A DNA stretch of 64,000 bases from Eledone cirrhosa (GCA_964016885.1 OZ024756.1:41602001-41666000); one strand, 5' to 3'. Shown: positions 46,787 through 59,108, numbered from the stretch's first letter. Numbers and translations are program-made. Notes: a model not told the origin generated them from the letters alone.

Positions 46787-46919
46787 ACAACACATCACCG
46801 AAAATCAAACTTACAACCTTACAAACATGAGCCAAAGACCTTAACCAATAAGCCATGTACCTTCAACCAATAACAACAACAACAACAAAGAAGGAAGCGG
46901 ACTAAGGAATAATATTCTG

Positions 46920-49900
46920 CTATTTCAAAGCAAAGACATATGCCAAGTAGTTGTTCAATTTGCCAGTATCCTTGAGAAGTAGCATGTCTTGTACAGCTGA
47001 TGGTAGCGCCATACTATTGATGAAGTCTTTGTTGTAAGTATTCTGGTCTCGGAGAACTTGGATCAACTTTAACCGACTTAAGTGGGATAATGTGTTGCAG
47101 CTTTCTGGAAATTGAAAGAAATGGAAATACAATAAATAAAACAACACAAAAATAATATGAGGGAGGGTCGGCTGAAAAGTTCATAGACTGAGTGTGTGGT
47201 AGTGAGAGAGAAAAGAGAGTGAGGGGAGAGAGTGTGTGAGCAGAAGAGAGAGAGTGAGGAAAGAGAGTGTATGAGAGAAAGAGAGTGAGGAGAGAGTGTA
47301 TGAGAGAGAGAGAGTGAGGAGAGAGTGTATGAGAGAGAGAGAGGAGAGAGTGTATGAGAGAGAGAGAGTGAGGAGAGAGTGTATGAGCGGAAGAGAGAGG
47401 GAAATAGATGAACAAGAGAGTGTGAGTCATGTATATGTGTGTGTGTAAAGAGAGAGAGAGAGAGAGAGAGAGATAGATGACTCAAAATGTGTGTGTGTGT
47501 ATTTGTGTGTGTGTGTCTGTGCGAGAGAAAGAGAGGAAGAGATAGATGACTGAGAATGTGTGTGTCTGTGAGAGAGAGTACATTATCAATTAAAGAAAGA
47601 CTTACTGCTATTCTGTTTTACTGACTGCCACTCAGTGTCTTCAAAGTAAGGTGCAAATGATTCATTAAGATTAACGTGGGCACCACATTTGAAAATCAAC
47701 AAATTGAATATGGTGTCAAAGTGCATGAAGTGATGTCGATGAAACTCAAGGAGAGATGGAATACTTTGTACAGTTAAACTCTCCGGTGATTGATGCCTCC
47801 TATATAGAAGACAAGATCTCACCTCAACGTTCTGTCTCAGCAGTGGCAGTAAGAACTTGCCAATAAATGTGCTTGTGTGAACATTCTGTGTGACAAGATC
47901 ACTGTGTATTGCATAAAGGACTGTAAAGTTTCCAAAGACGTTCGGATGGTAGACGTCTGACTTGGCACCGTACTTCCAGAACAGGCTTAAACATTCTTCC
48001 CTCATTGTCTCAAAAGCTGCCATTATCGGCGGCATCAAGCTTTCACGAGAGTCGTTCACCGGAAAGCCGTACTGCAGTAGGATTTCGATGCACTGCACAT
48101 CAGAGCATTCTAGAACTGCATAGGTGAGCAGTGGCACAGTTTGTGGGTAAACGCGACCGGATGTATGTTGGTAGGTAACAGTTATATCAGTGGGAACATC
48201 ATCAAGCAAGAGGTACTTCAAGATACTTTGGTGAGAGAGATCCAAAGACAAGGGTAGGGGAAACCATTCAGAGAAGCATTTCCTGTGAATTTCTTCAATT
48301 TTAGTTACTTTGTACAACAGCTTCACACACCTACAAGATAACATAGATAAATAAATATATTTTACATACACACACATCATCATCATCACCGTTTTAAGTT
48401 CATTCTTCCATGCTAGCATGGGTTAGATGGGTTGTCCTGTTGTGGGCAGTGCCCGGTCAGCTGACCTTGTCTTGCTCATACATGTTGGGTTACATCACTT
48501 TATGTCAACTACGTAAATCTTGACCCTTCAAAAGAGAATGATAAAATAAGGACCAGTCTGAAATAAGTACTGGGGTCAATATGAACAAATAAAACCCTTG
48601 AAAGCAGTGACCCAGCAAGGTCACAGTCTAATAACTGAACCCATTAAAAATCTCAGTTTTTAGAATAGATACACTGTATCCCTTCTTGTTACAAGAGGCA
48701 ACTAAAAGGGTTGGCATTACAAAGAGTATCCAGCTGTAAAACACTGACTCAAAACATTCCATCCAACCCATGCCAGTAAAAATGATGATGATTCAAGATA
48801 AGGATCGATCGAATTTCGTCAAATCGGACCGAGGAAACAATGTTTTCGTCGGTCTTTCCAGTTGCTAATACTATCTATCGGTCACAACTCCAGGTAGAAG
48901 GAGCAATATGAAATAAAGTGTCTTGCTCAAGGACATAACGCATCGCTCGGTCCAGGAACTCACAACCTCAAGATTGTGAATCCAATTCTCTAGCCACTCA
49001 GCCATTCCTTCTACCTGGAGTTGCAACTGATAGATAGTATTAGCAATTGGAAATACCAATGGAAACATTGTTTCCTCAGTCCGATTTGACGAAAGTTGAT
49101 CATTCAAGATAAACACAGAGAAGAATTACACAAAGTCTTATTAGTTTCACGCTTGTGGGGAAAAAGAAAAAAAGAGTGTCTCACTATATTGGACATTAGT
49201 CCTTCATCAGATAAGAGGGGAAAGAGAAAGAGAGAGGGAAAAAACAACAAAATACTTACTCTAGATTGTTACATACGATAGCCGACTGCAGAGGACAAAC
49301 TGGTTCTGGATCAGATGTGAAAAGGTTGGGGTTGGCATGGTAGGAAATCAAAAGCTCAACACAGGCAGTATGGCCCTGTTGGGCTGCCACTAATAATGGT
49401 GTGGCTTTATCAAAAGCAGAAGCATCAACAAGATAAAATTTACCTGTAAAAACACAGCAGCACATAAGACATTAAACAATACATATTAAGAAGTGTGTTA
49501 GCAGCTGAAGTATTTGATAAAGATATAGCTGTGTAAATACAGAGTGTGGTGATAAAGATATATCTGTGTAAATACAGAGTGTGGTGATAAAGATATATCT
49601 GTGTAAATACAGTGTGGTGATAAAGATATATCTGTGTAAATACAGTGTGGTGATAAAGATATATCTGTGTAAATACAGAGTGTGGTGATAAAGATATAGC
49701 TGTGTAAATACAGAGTGTGGTGATAAAGATATATCTGTGTAAATACACAGTGTGTAACTGAGACTTTCAATTTACAGGGAAATACTTCATATTATCTGGC
49801 GTGTTTACATGTCTACATATCCAGAGTGAACTGGGTGCTCTTTATTTTGGCATCAACACAGTGGACCAGGTACTTTGTCATAGCACCTGCACAACGACAT

Positions 49901-52900
49901 TACAGATTAAACCGGGTACATTTTGTTATGGCACCAGCACTACCACCTTACAGGGTCGACAGGGTGCGTTTTGTCGTGACACCAGCACTACCACCTTACA
50001 GTATGAACTGGGTGCTTTTGTATCATGGCCCCAACAGTAACATATATACCTACATTGTTCCACCCCAGTAAACATCTCCAATAAAATAACAAACCTTCTT
50101 CAACAGATTTCTCCAGAAGTAATTTAAGGCATTCATAATTTCCTCTTTGAGCCGCCATAAACAGCGGTGTCAGTAAGTTTTCATCAACAACATCAATATC
50201 AGCTCCTGCCTTCAATAGGAAATTCACAATTTGAACCTTATTCAAGTCAACAGCTTGGTGCAGGGATGTAGCTTGAGTGTAATTCTTATTTTCAATGTCA
50301 GCACCTTTGCCAACCAATAGACTAACACATGGAAAACTACGAGCAGTCACAGCTGGAAATATAAAAAAACAAAAATACAAAGAGATATCTTGTAGGTTCT
50401 GGCCATGCTATCAGCTTCTAACTTCCCAATTACATCCTGACTGAATGTAGAGCGGGGGAATAAAGTTATTAAAGGTCGTAGGTGGAACATAATTTCAGTT
50501 CAGTACTGGGGTCAACTTTTCCTCTGTATCTTTCACTCTCTTCCTTTCACTTTCTCTGGGAGATATCGGCAGTGTTATGACCTGGAGAGGGATGGGTTCT
50601 GCCAAGTTTACAATGCCTATGACACACTGCATGTGATGATGGCGTCCTTACAACTCCATCCACAGTTAAGTGCCCTATACCTACAAATGTGCTGTGTAGA
50701 TGGTAGGAGGGAGTATTTGAGAATATCAAGTGATTTACCTTCCCAGAGAGGACTGAGGCCTTCAGGGGTTGTTAAATTTGGATCTGCTCCACAGTGCAAC
50801 AATGCAGAAACACACTGATAATGTCCTTTACGGGCAGCCAGGAGGAGAGGAGTTTCACCAGCAAAACTTTTCACATTAACATCCACCTTCCCTGAATTGA
50901 ACAAAATGAAACATAGAAAATATAAACATATATATACATAGAAACATATATATACATATACATATGTGTGTGTGTGTATATATACATTTGATATACAAGG
51001 ATGCAATTTACTTCTAGCACTCAACGTCATATTACTGCCCCCCAAAACAAGGGTGACGGAGTATATTAATAGATATAAGTTGAACAATGAAAACAAAAGA
51101 GGTTTAATGTTTAATTAAAAACTGGCATTCCATCAGTTACAACAATGAGTGTTCCAATTGATCCGATCAACAGAACAGCCTGTTCACGAAATTAACATGC
51201 AAGTGGCTGAGCATTCCACAGACATACTTAACCTTAACGTAGTTCTCTGTGAGATTCAGTGTGACACCAAATGTGACATGGCTGGCCCTTCGAATTACAG
51301 GTGCTGTCTAGTTCTCAGGGAGATTCAGTGTGACAAGGCTGGCCATTCGAATTACAGGTACTGTCTAGTTCTCAGGGAGATTCAGTGTGACACTGAATGT
51401 GACAAGGCTGGCCGTTCGAATTACAGTACAACTCATTTTTGCCAGACATCGTTTTATGATCATTGCAGAGTGTACTGAGTTCAATTATTCAGGCAGGTCA
51501 CCAATACTGTAATTGTAAGATATAGTTATAGGTTCCTTGACAAAACCATTTCAGCAATCCTTAATTGAGTCACTCACCTCTGTGTAACAAGACTTGCACT
51601 CTCCTCTGTGTAACAAGACTTGCACTCACCTCTGTGTAACAAGACTTGCACTCACCTCTGTGTAACAAGACTTGCAGGCAACCAGTATTATTCCAAAATG
51701 ATGCTTCATGTAATGGTTCCCAACCTCTATTGTCTCGGACATCAACAGGTCTCCCTACATAGGAAGACAGTGGCAGTTTATCATTAAAAGAGGTTCCACT
51801 AAATAACAAAATCAATACTTACATAAAAATATATTGAACATAATATATATTTTTTCATTTTTGTGTTATTGCCAGAATTTTGAAATTTCATACCTATGTA
51901 GAACAAAAAATAAAAAACCTACTTAAAAACATGTTGAAATTGGAATGCCACATGGTAAACACTGTTAAGGAGTTATTGGTAAGCAGTTTTTTTTAATAAT
52001 AGAGACAGTATAAATAGACCCAAGAGAGAGAGTTCATAACACACGGATATATATATATTAATTCAAAATATTAACAAAATAGATATTCTTGTGATCAAGT
52101 ATATTTTATTATACATATTTCAGAGGTACTGATTTAAGTTCAACAGTACGTCCTCATCAGATAAAATAAGATGATGCATGACATACCCTGACATAGTAGA
52201 TGGTTAAGATTCAGTCATGGTAGTGAGTAATATATGACAAAACTCAATATTTATACCCTAATATTGAGAACATGAGAAAAATATATAATTGTTTCTACTA
52301 TTGGCACAAGGCCAGAAAATTACCCAGTACATTACTGGTACTTTATTTTATCGACCCCGTAAGGATGAAAGGCAAAGTTAACCTCGGCGGGATTTGAACT
52401 CAGAATGGCAAGGGCCGTAACTCTATGCGTCAAAGCATGGCGTCCGAACCTCTACCGATACTGCCAATCCACCGCCATTGAAAAATATATAATACAAGCA
52501 ATAGAGAGGGTGCGTGTAATCCAATCTATTGTAAAACTCATTCTTTGATGTATTCATTGAACCTTGTTTAACTTTTAAATATATATATATACATATATAT
52601 ATATATGAATGAGATGTAACTAGTTAAGGGGAGTGGGACCATTATTTAACTTAGTACTCAATATAGATATGTCTGTGTATGAATCACAATTATACATATG
52701 GACGAACGTATTTGGGGACTATGTCTCCAAGATCCGCTCAAGAGTAAGTGGGAGAAGAGGAAGACTGGCTAGAAATACCCAGGGATGCCAGCCGCTTCAG
52801 AAACTACAAGTAAAGTGGACACTAACACACTTGCTATACTGGGTCGAGGATTATTAAACAATTAAAATTACAACCAAATTGATGAAACAAAACATTTAAT

Positions 52901-53016
52901 TTCTAAATGTTTATATTACCTTGTGTAAGTAACGTTTGCAATGCACAGACATCACCAACTCTTGCAGCAGTCCCTATTGTTGAACAAGTATCTGCATAGG
53001 CTTCAGAGAAGTCCAT
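46920..53016 (-). CDS. ASB3: Ankyrin repeat and SOCS box protein 3-like, complete CDS (7 coding exons, 566 aa)
   Basis: Exons: 52920-53016, 51656-51754, 50739-50891, 50095-50352, 49260-49443, 47606-48330, 46920-47104 (1701 nt, all GT-AG, phases consistent). The N-terminus [38 protein letters not shown] and the segment [21 protein letters not shown] match vertebrate ASB3 as I recall it. The C-terminus is a SOCS box ([10 protein letters not shown]...LPSAVQDML). Confidence 0.9.
49515..49755. repeat. 33-35-bp minisatellite, ~7 copies (ASB3 intron)
   Basis: Unit GATAAAGATATATCTGTGTAAATACAGAGTGTGGT. Confidence 0.9.
51571..51674 (-). repeat. 4 x 26-bp tandem duplication spanning the ASB3 exon 2 splice donor
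   Basis: - strand unit CAAGTCTTGTTACACAGAG|GTGAGTG; the third copy in transcript order has GA instead of GT. Confidence 0.95.
52102..52168 (-). ncRNA. Minimal type-I hammerhead ribozyme motif in ASB3 intron (sense strand)
   Basis: - strand TATTTTAT-CTGATGA-[GGACGTACTG..CAGTACCTCT]-GAAA-TATGTA-TA-ATAAAATA: perfect 8-bp stem I, intact core, AUA triplet. Confidence 0.75.
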
Positions 53017-54015
53017 TTTCTATGTTTTATAATATTATCAGGCCTTGAAAATCATCTTAGCAGCTTTTTTGTCTATCAAAAGTAGAGCGAAGTTTGCATA
53101 ATGACAATTTTACAACAAAACAGAATTTAAAAAAAAAGAAATGATTGTAAAGTCTTCTCACACTTTTAATATATATATATATATATATAATTATGAAACG
53201 AAGCCTATAGATTAAGATCGACACACCTCCTGTCCTACCCAAGACAAGTATTAGAGTGCAGCACAATATATGCTAATTAATGAGGAAAACGATTTCCTGT
53301 GGGTAGGAAATTTGATTTTTATATATCAGCAATTAAACAATATATATGAAACTGGCTAATGATACGGCAAGAGCTCAGCCGTCGGGGTCCCAACTCTTTC
53401 ATATAACCATACTCTACTACCACAAGTATCGAGTACTCTGGTGAGTAATGGTCTAACCATTTTCTCACTGTATCCATCTTGATTATATGTATATATATAT
53501 ATATATATTATTCGTTTTTAATAATAGAAAAAAAACTACAAAAACACTTAACTTTGTTTTTCAATATAAAGATTTAACGTTGAATAAAGTGTCCTTTACT
53601 GTAATCATTCTAAACTATAATAATATACCTTATATACAGTTAATGCGGTGTGTTAAATAAACATATACATATATGCCAGATCCGAACTTTGTTAAGTTTG
53701 TTTTGGAGAAGAAATTTACGAATAACAGCGTTAACTGAAAACGGTGACACACAAAGAATTTCCCCTATAATAATTAACACGGATACTAAATTAATACATG
53801 AAAAATATAACAAAACGATAACAAAAAGTAGGTGACTGAGTTTTATGGAAATAAATAGCATGTATGTACAATTAAGTTGGTCACTTTATAAACTTTGAGC
53901 ATTCTATATTATAAATAAATCTAAATTGTGCTATTTTCGGGGATCTTCTATATTTTTCATGCACCGAATCAGAGGGAGAGAACTGTGATAATTTTAATAG
54001 GTTTTGTTTACAAAG

Positions 54016-54726
54016 ATGGCGTCGGATTCCAGTGAAAGTTCGACAACAACAAGTGTTGTTATTGGATACGATGTGATACAGAAACAGTTTCAAGATTTAG
54101 TGCATTTGAAAAACTTCTTAATCAACAAAACTACCGACCTATCCACCAAATCTTCTGAACTGTCTCGCAGCCACAATGATAGTACGGTTGCAACCTCAGA
54201 TCTTGATAACTCGAAATCAACAAATTCCAACAAGACGGAAGCACTGGATTCCGCGGTTTCCTGGAAACAATATGAATCGATAGCCCAGGAATTAGAACTT
54301 GAGAAATTAAATCATTCCCGAACCAGAACACGCTGTTATGAACTCACTGACCATTTAGAAATGTCACAACAACAGATAGCTGCTCTCCAGAAACAGTTTC
54401 AGGGAGACCGTGAAAGTTTCCGAAGGATTTTAAACTCTATGAATAAAGCAGTGAAACACGAAAACGCGAAGAAATCCGAACTGGAGATCCGATGTAAGAA
54501 GCTTGAAAAGGAGAAAAAAGAACTGAACGAGAAACTAGCCTCCAGTACGTCCGAAATCAAAAAGCTGAAAAGAGGTTTACAAAAGCAGAAAGAAATCCAG
54601 AGCCGTAACTTGATGGAACTAGAAGTGAATCAATGTCAACAAGATTACATATCACACTATCTTGACCAATGCCATCAGCCACGTATCAAGAAATCTGATC
54701 AAACTTATGCAATCAGCAGAAAATGA
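54016..54726 (+). CDS. SPATA24: SPATA24-like coiled-coil protein (236 aa), single-exon CDS
   Basis: Uninterrupted, non-repetitive ORF from ATG 54016 (AAGATGG context). Heptad-rich. The segments VSWKQYESIAQELELEKLNHSRT, KHENAKKSELEIRC and QQDYISHYLDQ resemble vertebrate SPATA24 as recalled (VSKEEF..EEKAAHAKT, QESSKKDQLITKC, QQESYMAQVLDQ). Confidence 0.75.
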   Translation: MASDSSESSTTTSVVIGYDVIQKQFQDLVHLKNFLINKTTDLSTKSSELSRSHNDSTVATSDLDNSKSTNSNKTEALDSAVSWKQYESIAQELELEKLNHSRTRTRCYELTDHLEMSQQQIAALQKQFQGDRESFRRILNSMNKAVKHENAKKSELEIRCKKLEKEKKELNEKLASSTSEIKKLKRGLQKQKEIQSRNLMELEVNQCQQDYISHYLDQCHQPRIKKSDQTYAISRK

Positions 54727-54792
54727 AAAAAAAAAACAGATTTATGTAAATTAACGAAACCAAGTGAAATCACACACACACACACATATATA

Positions 54793-55212
54793 CTAGCTGA
54801 GTAGCCTGTCGTTGCCGGGCAATTTTCACCATTAGATGCCTTTCTTTCAATTCTTTTCTATTCCATGTCTTCCCCGTGCCTCATCTCCCATTATTCCCCA
54901 TAGCCCTCAATAGAGTTGTATGTTGAAATGGAATTGTCTGGTCATATTTCGAAAATCAAACCATTTTTCTCTAGGACTCACCGTTTCGGAGCCTTTTGGT
55001 AACATGCACACATGCACACCCATCCTGAGTTGGTTTTCTCGTTGTTTTGGTTCATGTGGCTGGGTCACCGGTCGAAGTCTTCAATTTGTCAAGGTTTCTA
55101 ACGTATGTTATTACTCTAAGGTACAACCTCATCGAGTGCTTTGCTGCACATTCCGGATTGTATATCGTTAGGTTGGCCACAGCCAACACTTCGATTTTAC
55201 TGAACTTCCATT

Positions 55213-55215
<3 letters not shown>
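54793..55215 (-). mobile_element. Possible non-autonomous Helitron (3' end at 54793)
   Basis: The - strand ends GCCCGGCAACGACAGGC-TACTCAG-CTAG|T, i.e. a GC hairpin a few nt before a CTAG terminus. The 5' boundary is uncertain. Confidence 0.45.
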
Positions 55216-55273
<58 letters not shown>

Positions 55274-55398
55274 CTTTGGGAGGGTCATGTTGCCAATAAG
55301 AAACACACGCACCAGTTGCTTTCACTTCAATTTATTATAAATTAAATTTATAAATTTCCGGTTGGTTGGTTCCACAACCAGACGATTGTTCATATATT

Positions 55399-55441
55399 GT
55401 CAAAGTTCTTTCGTCACACATTCTGTGATCTCTTCAGTGAC
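55399..55441 (-). ncRNA. Minimal hammerhead-like motif in a (TA)n-flanked element
   Basis: - strand GTCA-CTGAAGA-GATCACAGAATGTGTGAC-GAAA-GAAC-TT-TGAC. Degenerate relatives at ~8885-9110 and ~15950-15990. Confidence 0.55.
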
Positions 55442-55514
55442 TGGGGATTCTTTTCTTTGTTTTTGTGCCTCTCCTTTGTTCTGTCCTACGCCATCTTGTT
55501 TTTTCAGAAACGAA

Positions 55515-55556
<42 letters not shown>

Positions 55557-55764
55557 CGTTTAAGTAGCACACAAGTGAAAGACTAAAATCTAACATGAAT
55601 CTAAAGGGTGGCTCGTTTATGTAAAGTGTGACTGATTTATTAGTAAAATATGAAGGTGGATGATTATAATTTATATTAATGAATGTACAATTAAATTATG
55701 TTGAGTAATAATGTCTAATGAATTTCTTTAAATACATAACCATGTTCTGTTGAGGGCTACAGAT

Positions 55765-56113
55765 TACTAGGGTCAGAAGAAAAGTTCATAGGCTGACCAT
55801 GATACTCTCATGGAATGACCAAATGAGGTTTATTTGTCAACATAGTCCCGGGAAAGAAACAATGCAATTATTAAGAAGAAGAATTGAAATTAATGCATGC
55901 AAGATTTCACAGCTCTAGCATCACTCCTTCATAGACTGACCAAGATACTCTCATGGAATGACGAAATGAAGTTTATTTGTCAACATAGTCCCGGGAAAGA
56001 AACAATGCAGTTATGTTATTAAGAAGAAGAGTTGAAATTAATGCATGTAAGATTTCACAGCTCTAGCATCACTCCTTCATAGTCAGCCTATGAACTTTTC
56101 AGCCGACCCTTGT
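55765..56113. mobile_element. Mariner-type MITE with an internal ~135-bp duplication
   Basis: TIRs AGGGTC..GAAAAGTTCATAGGCTGAC / GTCAGCCTATGAACTTTTCAGCCGACCCT; a solo TIR lies at ~47163-47190. Confidence 0.75.
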
Positions 56114-56353
56114 GTAATAAATTATCACATTTGATACCTTGATTGTTTGTTTGTTACAGGATGATACCATAATTACTGATATGGTCAACACTTCACTCTG
56201 TTATATAAGTGACACATTCCACTTGTGTTGTTGTTGTTATTGTTGTTGCAACTCAACTTGGATTGATCATAAATATTATCAAAATAATAAATAATAATTG
56301 TTATTTAAACAATTACCGCGACTTTTGTTTCAGATATCCAATTGGTTAAACTA

Positions 56354-56866
56354 GTGCCATGACCAAAACCACCCTGTCCACCCTGTAAGGTGGTAGTGTT
56401 GGTGCCATGACCAAAACCACCCTGTCCACCCTGTAAGGTGGTAGTGTTGGTGCCATGACCAAAACCACCCTGTCCACCCTGTAAGGTGGTAGTGTTGGTG
56501 CCATGACCAAAACCACCCTGTCCACCCTGTAAGGTGGTAGTGTTGGTGCCATGACCAAAACCACCCTGTCCACCCTGTAAGGTGGTAGTGTTGGTGCCAT
56601 GACCAAAACCACCCTGTCCACCCTGTAAGGTGGTAGTGTTGGTGCCATGACCAAAACCACCCTGTCCACCCTGTAAGGTGGTAGTGTTGGTGCCATGACC
56701 AAAACCACCCTGTCCACCCTGTAAGGTGGTAGTGTTGGTGCCATGACCAAAACCACCCTGTCCACCCTGTAAGGTGGTAGTGTTGGTGCCATGACCAAAA
56801 CCACCCTGTCCACCCTGTAAGGTGGTAGTGTTGGTGCCATGACCAAAACCACCCTGTCCACCCTGT
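56354..56866. repeat. 48-bp minisatellite, ~10.7 identical copies
   Basis: Unit GTGCCATGACCAAAACCACCCTGTCCACCCTGTAAGGTGGTAGTGTTG. Degenerate arrays of a related unit at ~25640-25800 and ~49825-50030. Confidence 0.95.
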
Positions 56867-57435
56867 ATGTTCTATCGCACTTCACTGTCATTAAATTGGC
56901 GGCTATCAACGTTTCCGAGTTGGTAGCATGTCAGATAAAATGTCATATTCTGAGTTCAAATCCCACCAATGTCAACTTTGCATTTCATCCTGCTGGGGTC
57001 AATAAAATAAAGTACCAGTTAGGTACTGGTGTTGATTTTTGTGTAAATTTCTGTATGATCTAAATATTAAAGAGGGCAGCAGACTCGGTAGAAGTTTAGA
57101 CAAATGCTTGGTAATATTTGTTTCAGTCACGAGTTCAAATCCTGCTGAGGTCAACTTTGCATTTCATCCTTCTGGGGGTCAATAAAATAAAGTACCAGTC
57201 ATGTACTAGGGTTGAATCAGTCAACCTTACTCTTCCCCCAAATTTGGTGGGCAATCCAGAGCTGGAAACCATAGTAACATATGGGGCATGTGGATAAATT
57301 ACTCAAGGACACAATGAAAGAAAAAAGACTACAAAAGAAATACAGAACAGAAATATTTATTCACAGTAATACTCCAGGTACATTTTTTATATTCATTTCG
57401 TTGTTATTGTTGTCGTTGTTTGGTGTTTACATCGT

Positions 57436-59064
57436 TCAAGGTTGGGCTTGGAACCTACAAGCTGCTACTTGGGTTTCAACTGGTACCCCATCACAAGAAC
57501 AAGCACCTTCAAGTGGGGCGGCACAGCTCCTAGTTCGGCTTCTCAGGCCATCAACACAATCAGTCCAGGCAGACCAGGCTCCGTAACTTCTCACAAGGCC
57601 GCAGACATCACTTGCTGGTAAACTACCGCAGTCAACCACCGCGTTTCTGGTTGAAAACAAAGTAAAAAGAAATTTAGAAAAATAAGACACATCCGAAAGT
57701 GTTGTTACATACACATACACATACCTACATAACAACACTCACACACTTAAACATACACACATGCACGCATATGTCTTAACAGTTTAAAGTATTCCTGCAT
57801 TTTGAATTGTTTTTAGTTGCGACCGGTAGATAATACCAGCAATGGAAACATTGTTTCCTCGGTCCGATTTGACGAATTCCACCCCAGTCGGTAATCGAAT
57901 GATGTCTGGGATCTTGTTAATCGATTCAGCTTTATATATAAGGCAGTCACTTTAGACAATATTGTAAAATATATGCAAAGAGATTTAAAGAAACAAGACA
58001 GACGCAATGAAAGGAAAACCTGAAAAAGGACTACTTACACATCAGAAATGCGCATAAAGGGATCAGCTTGGATTTGTTCGATGTTGGTATTGTCACAGAT
58101 CAATCGAGACATGGAAACGTTTCTTACAGCAGCCAAGGTGTCTAAAATAGAATGTTATTACTTAGAAATATTCTGAGGCAGCAATACAACAGTTTAAATA
58201 TCTTTACTAGAAAGTAACCTCACACACACACAAACACGCACACATATCGCTTTGGCCCCACTTGGTCACGAATGACCATGGTTTTGCACCTAGAAAGTTT
58301 CCCTCTGAGGCACAAGCCTGGGTAGTTTGTTTTGTGGAAGACCAGCAATCGCCCATGTATACCAGTCTCCCCTCTCCCCACCACTGGTGTTGTCCAAGGG
58401 AAAGGCACTGACCGATACAGCTTGGCACCAGTGACATCGCAACTCATTTCTACAGCTGAGTAAACTGGAGCAACGTGAAATAAAGTGTCTTGCTCAAGGA
58501 TACAACACATCACCCGGTCCGATCACCCGCACCCATATACATATATATAAGTGGGTGAAAGCGAAAATTCAAACGAAAGACACAGAACTGTTGTGTGTGT
58601 GTGTATATATATATATACACACATACATATATATATATGAATACATACAAACACACACACACATATATATTCAATTGGACATTAAAAGATTTTCTGTATT
58701 ACCAAGTGGCAACTGGTTGGGGCCGGCATTCTCGTACCAGAATCTGTCTCCGACCTTCAAAGCTTGGAACTGACGGGCTGTGATGCATGCTAAGGTGGGA
58801 CCGACATTACCACTTGCTATATGATTCTCTGATACTCCACCACTCCACAGATCAATATCAGCAACACTCCTGAAAGATGATGAGATGAGAGATGTAGACG
58901 AACAAAGAACCAGTGTGGTAGCAGTGTTAAATATGATTGGTTTGAACAGTTGACGCCTCTCACTTGCAGAAACGTCCTTTTGTTCTGACATTAGCAGAAC
59001 AACTTTTAACTCAACGAGGTTAACTAGAGTTAACAGTATATCTGGTGAACACGTTGGTGTAGTA

Positions 59065-59108
<44 letters not shown>

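Noticed and set aside
54724-54736. A-run after the SPATA24-like stop as proof of retroposition
   Set aside because: Short A-runs are common in this window and no TSD was found; kept only as weak circumstantial support.
56346-56909. 187-aa ORF with a 16-aa repeat; CRISPR-like appearance of the regular arrays
   Set aside because: Head-to-tail identical units with no unique spacers and no cas genes, in eukaryotic context; the ORF is a by-product of a 48-bp unit.
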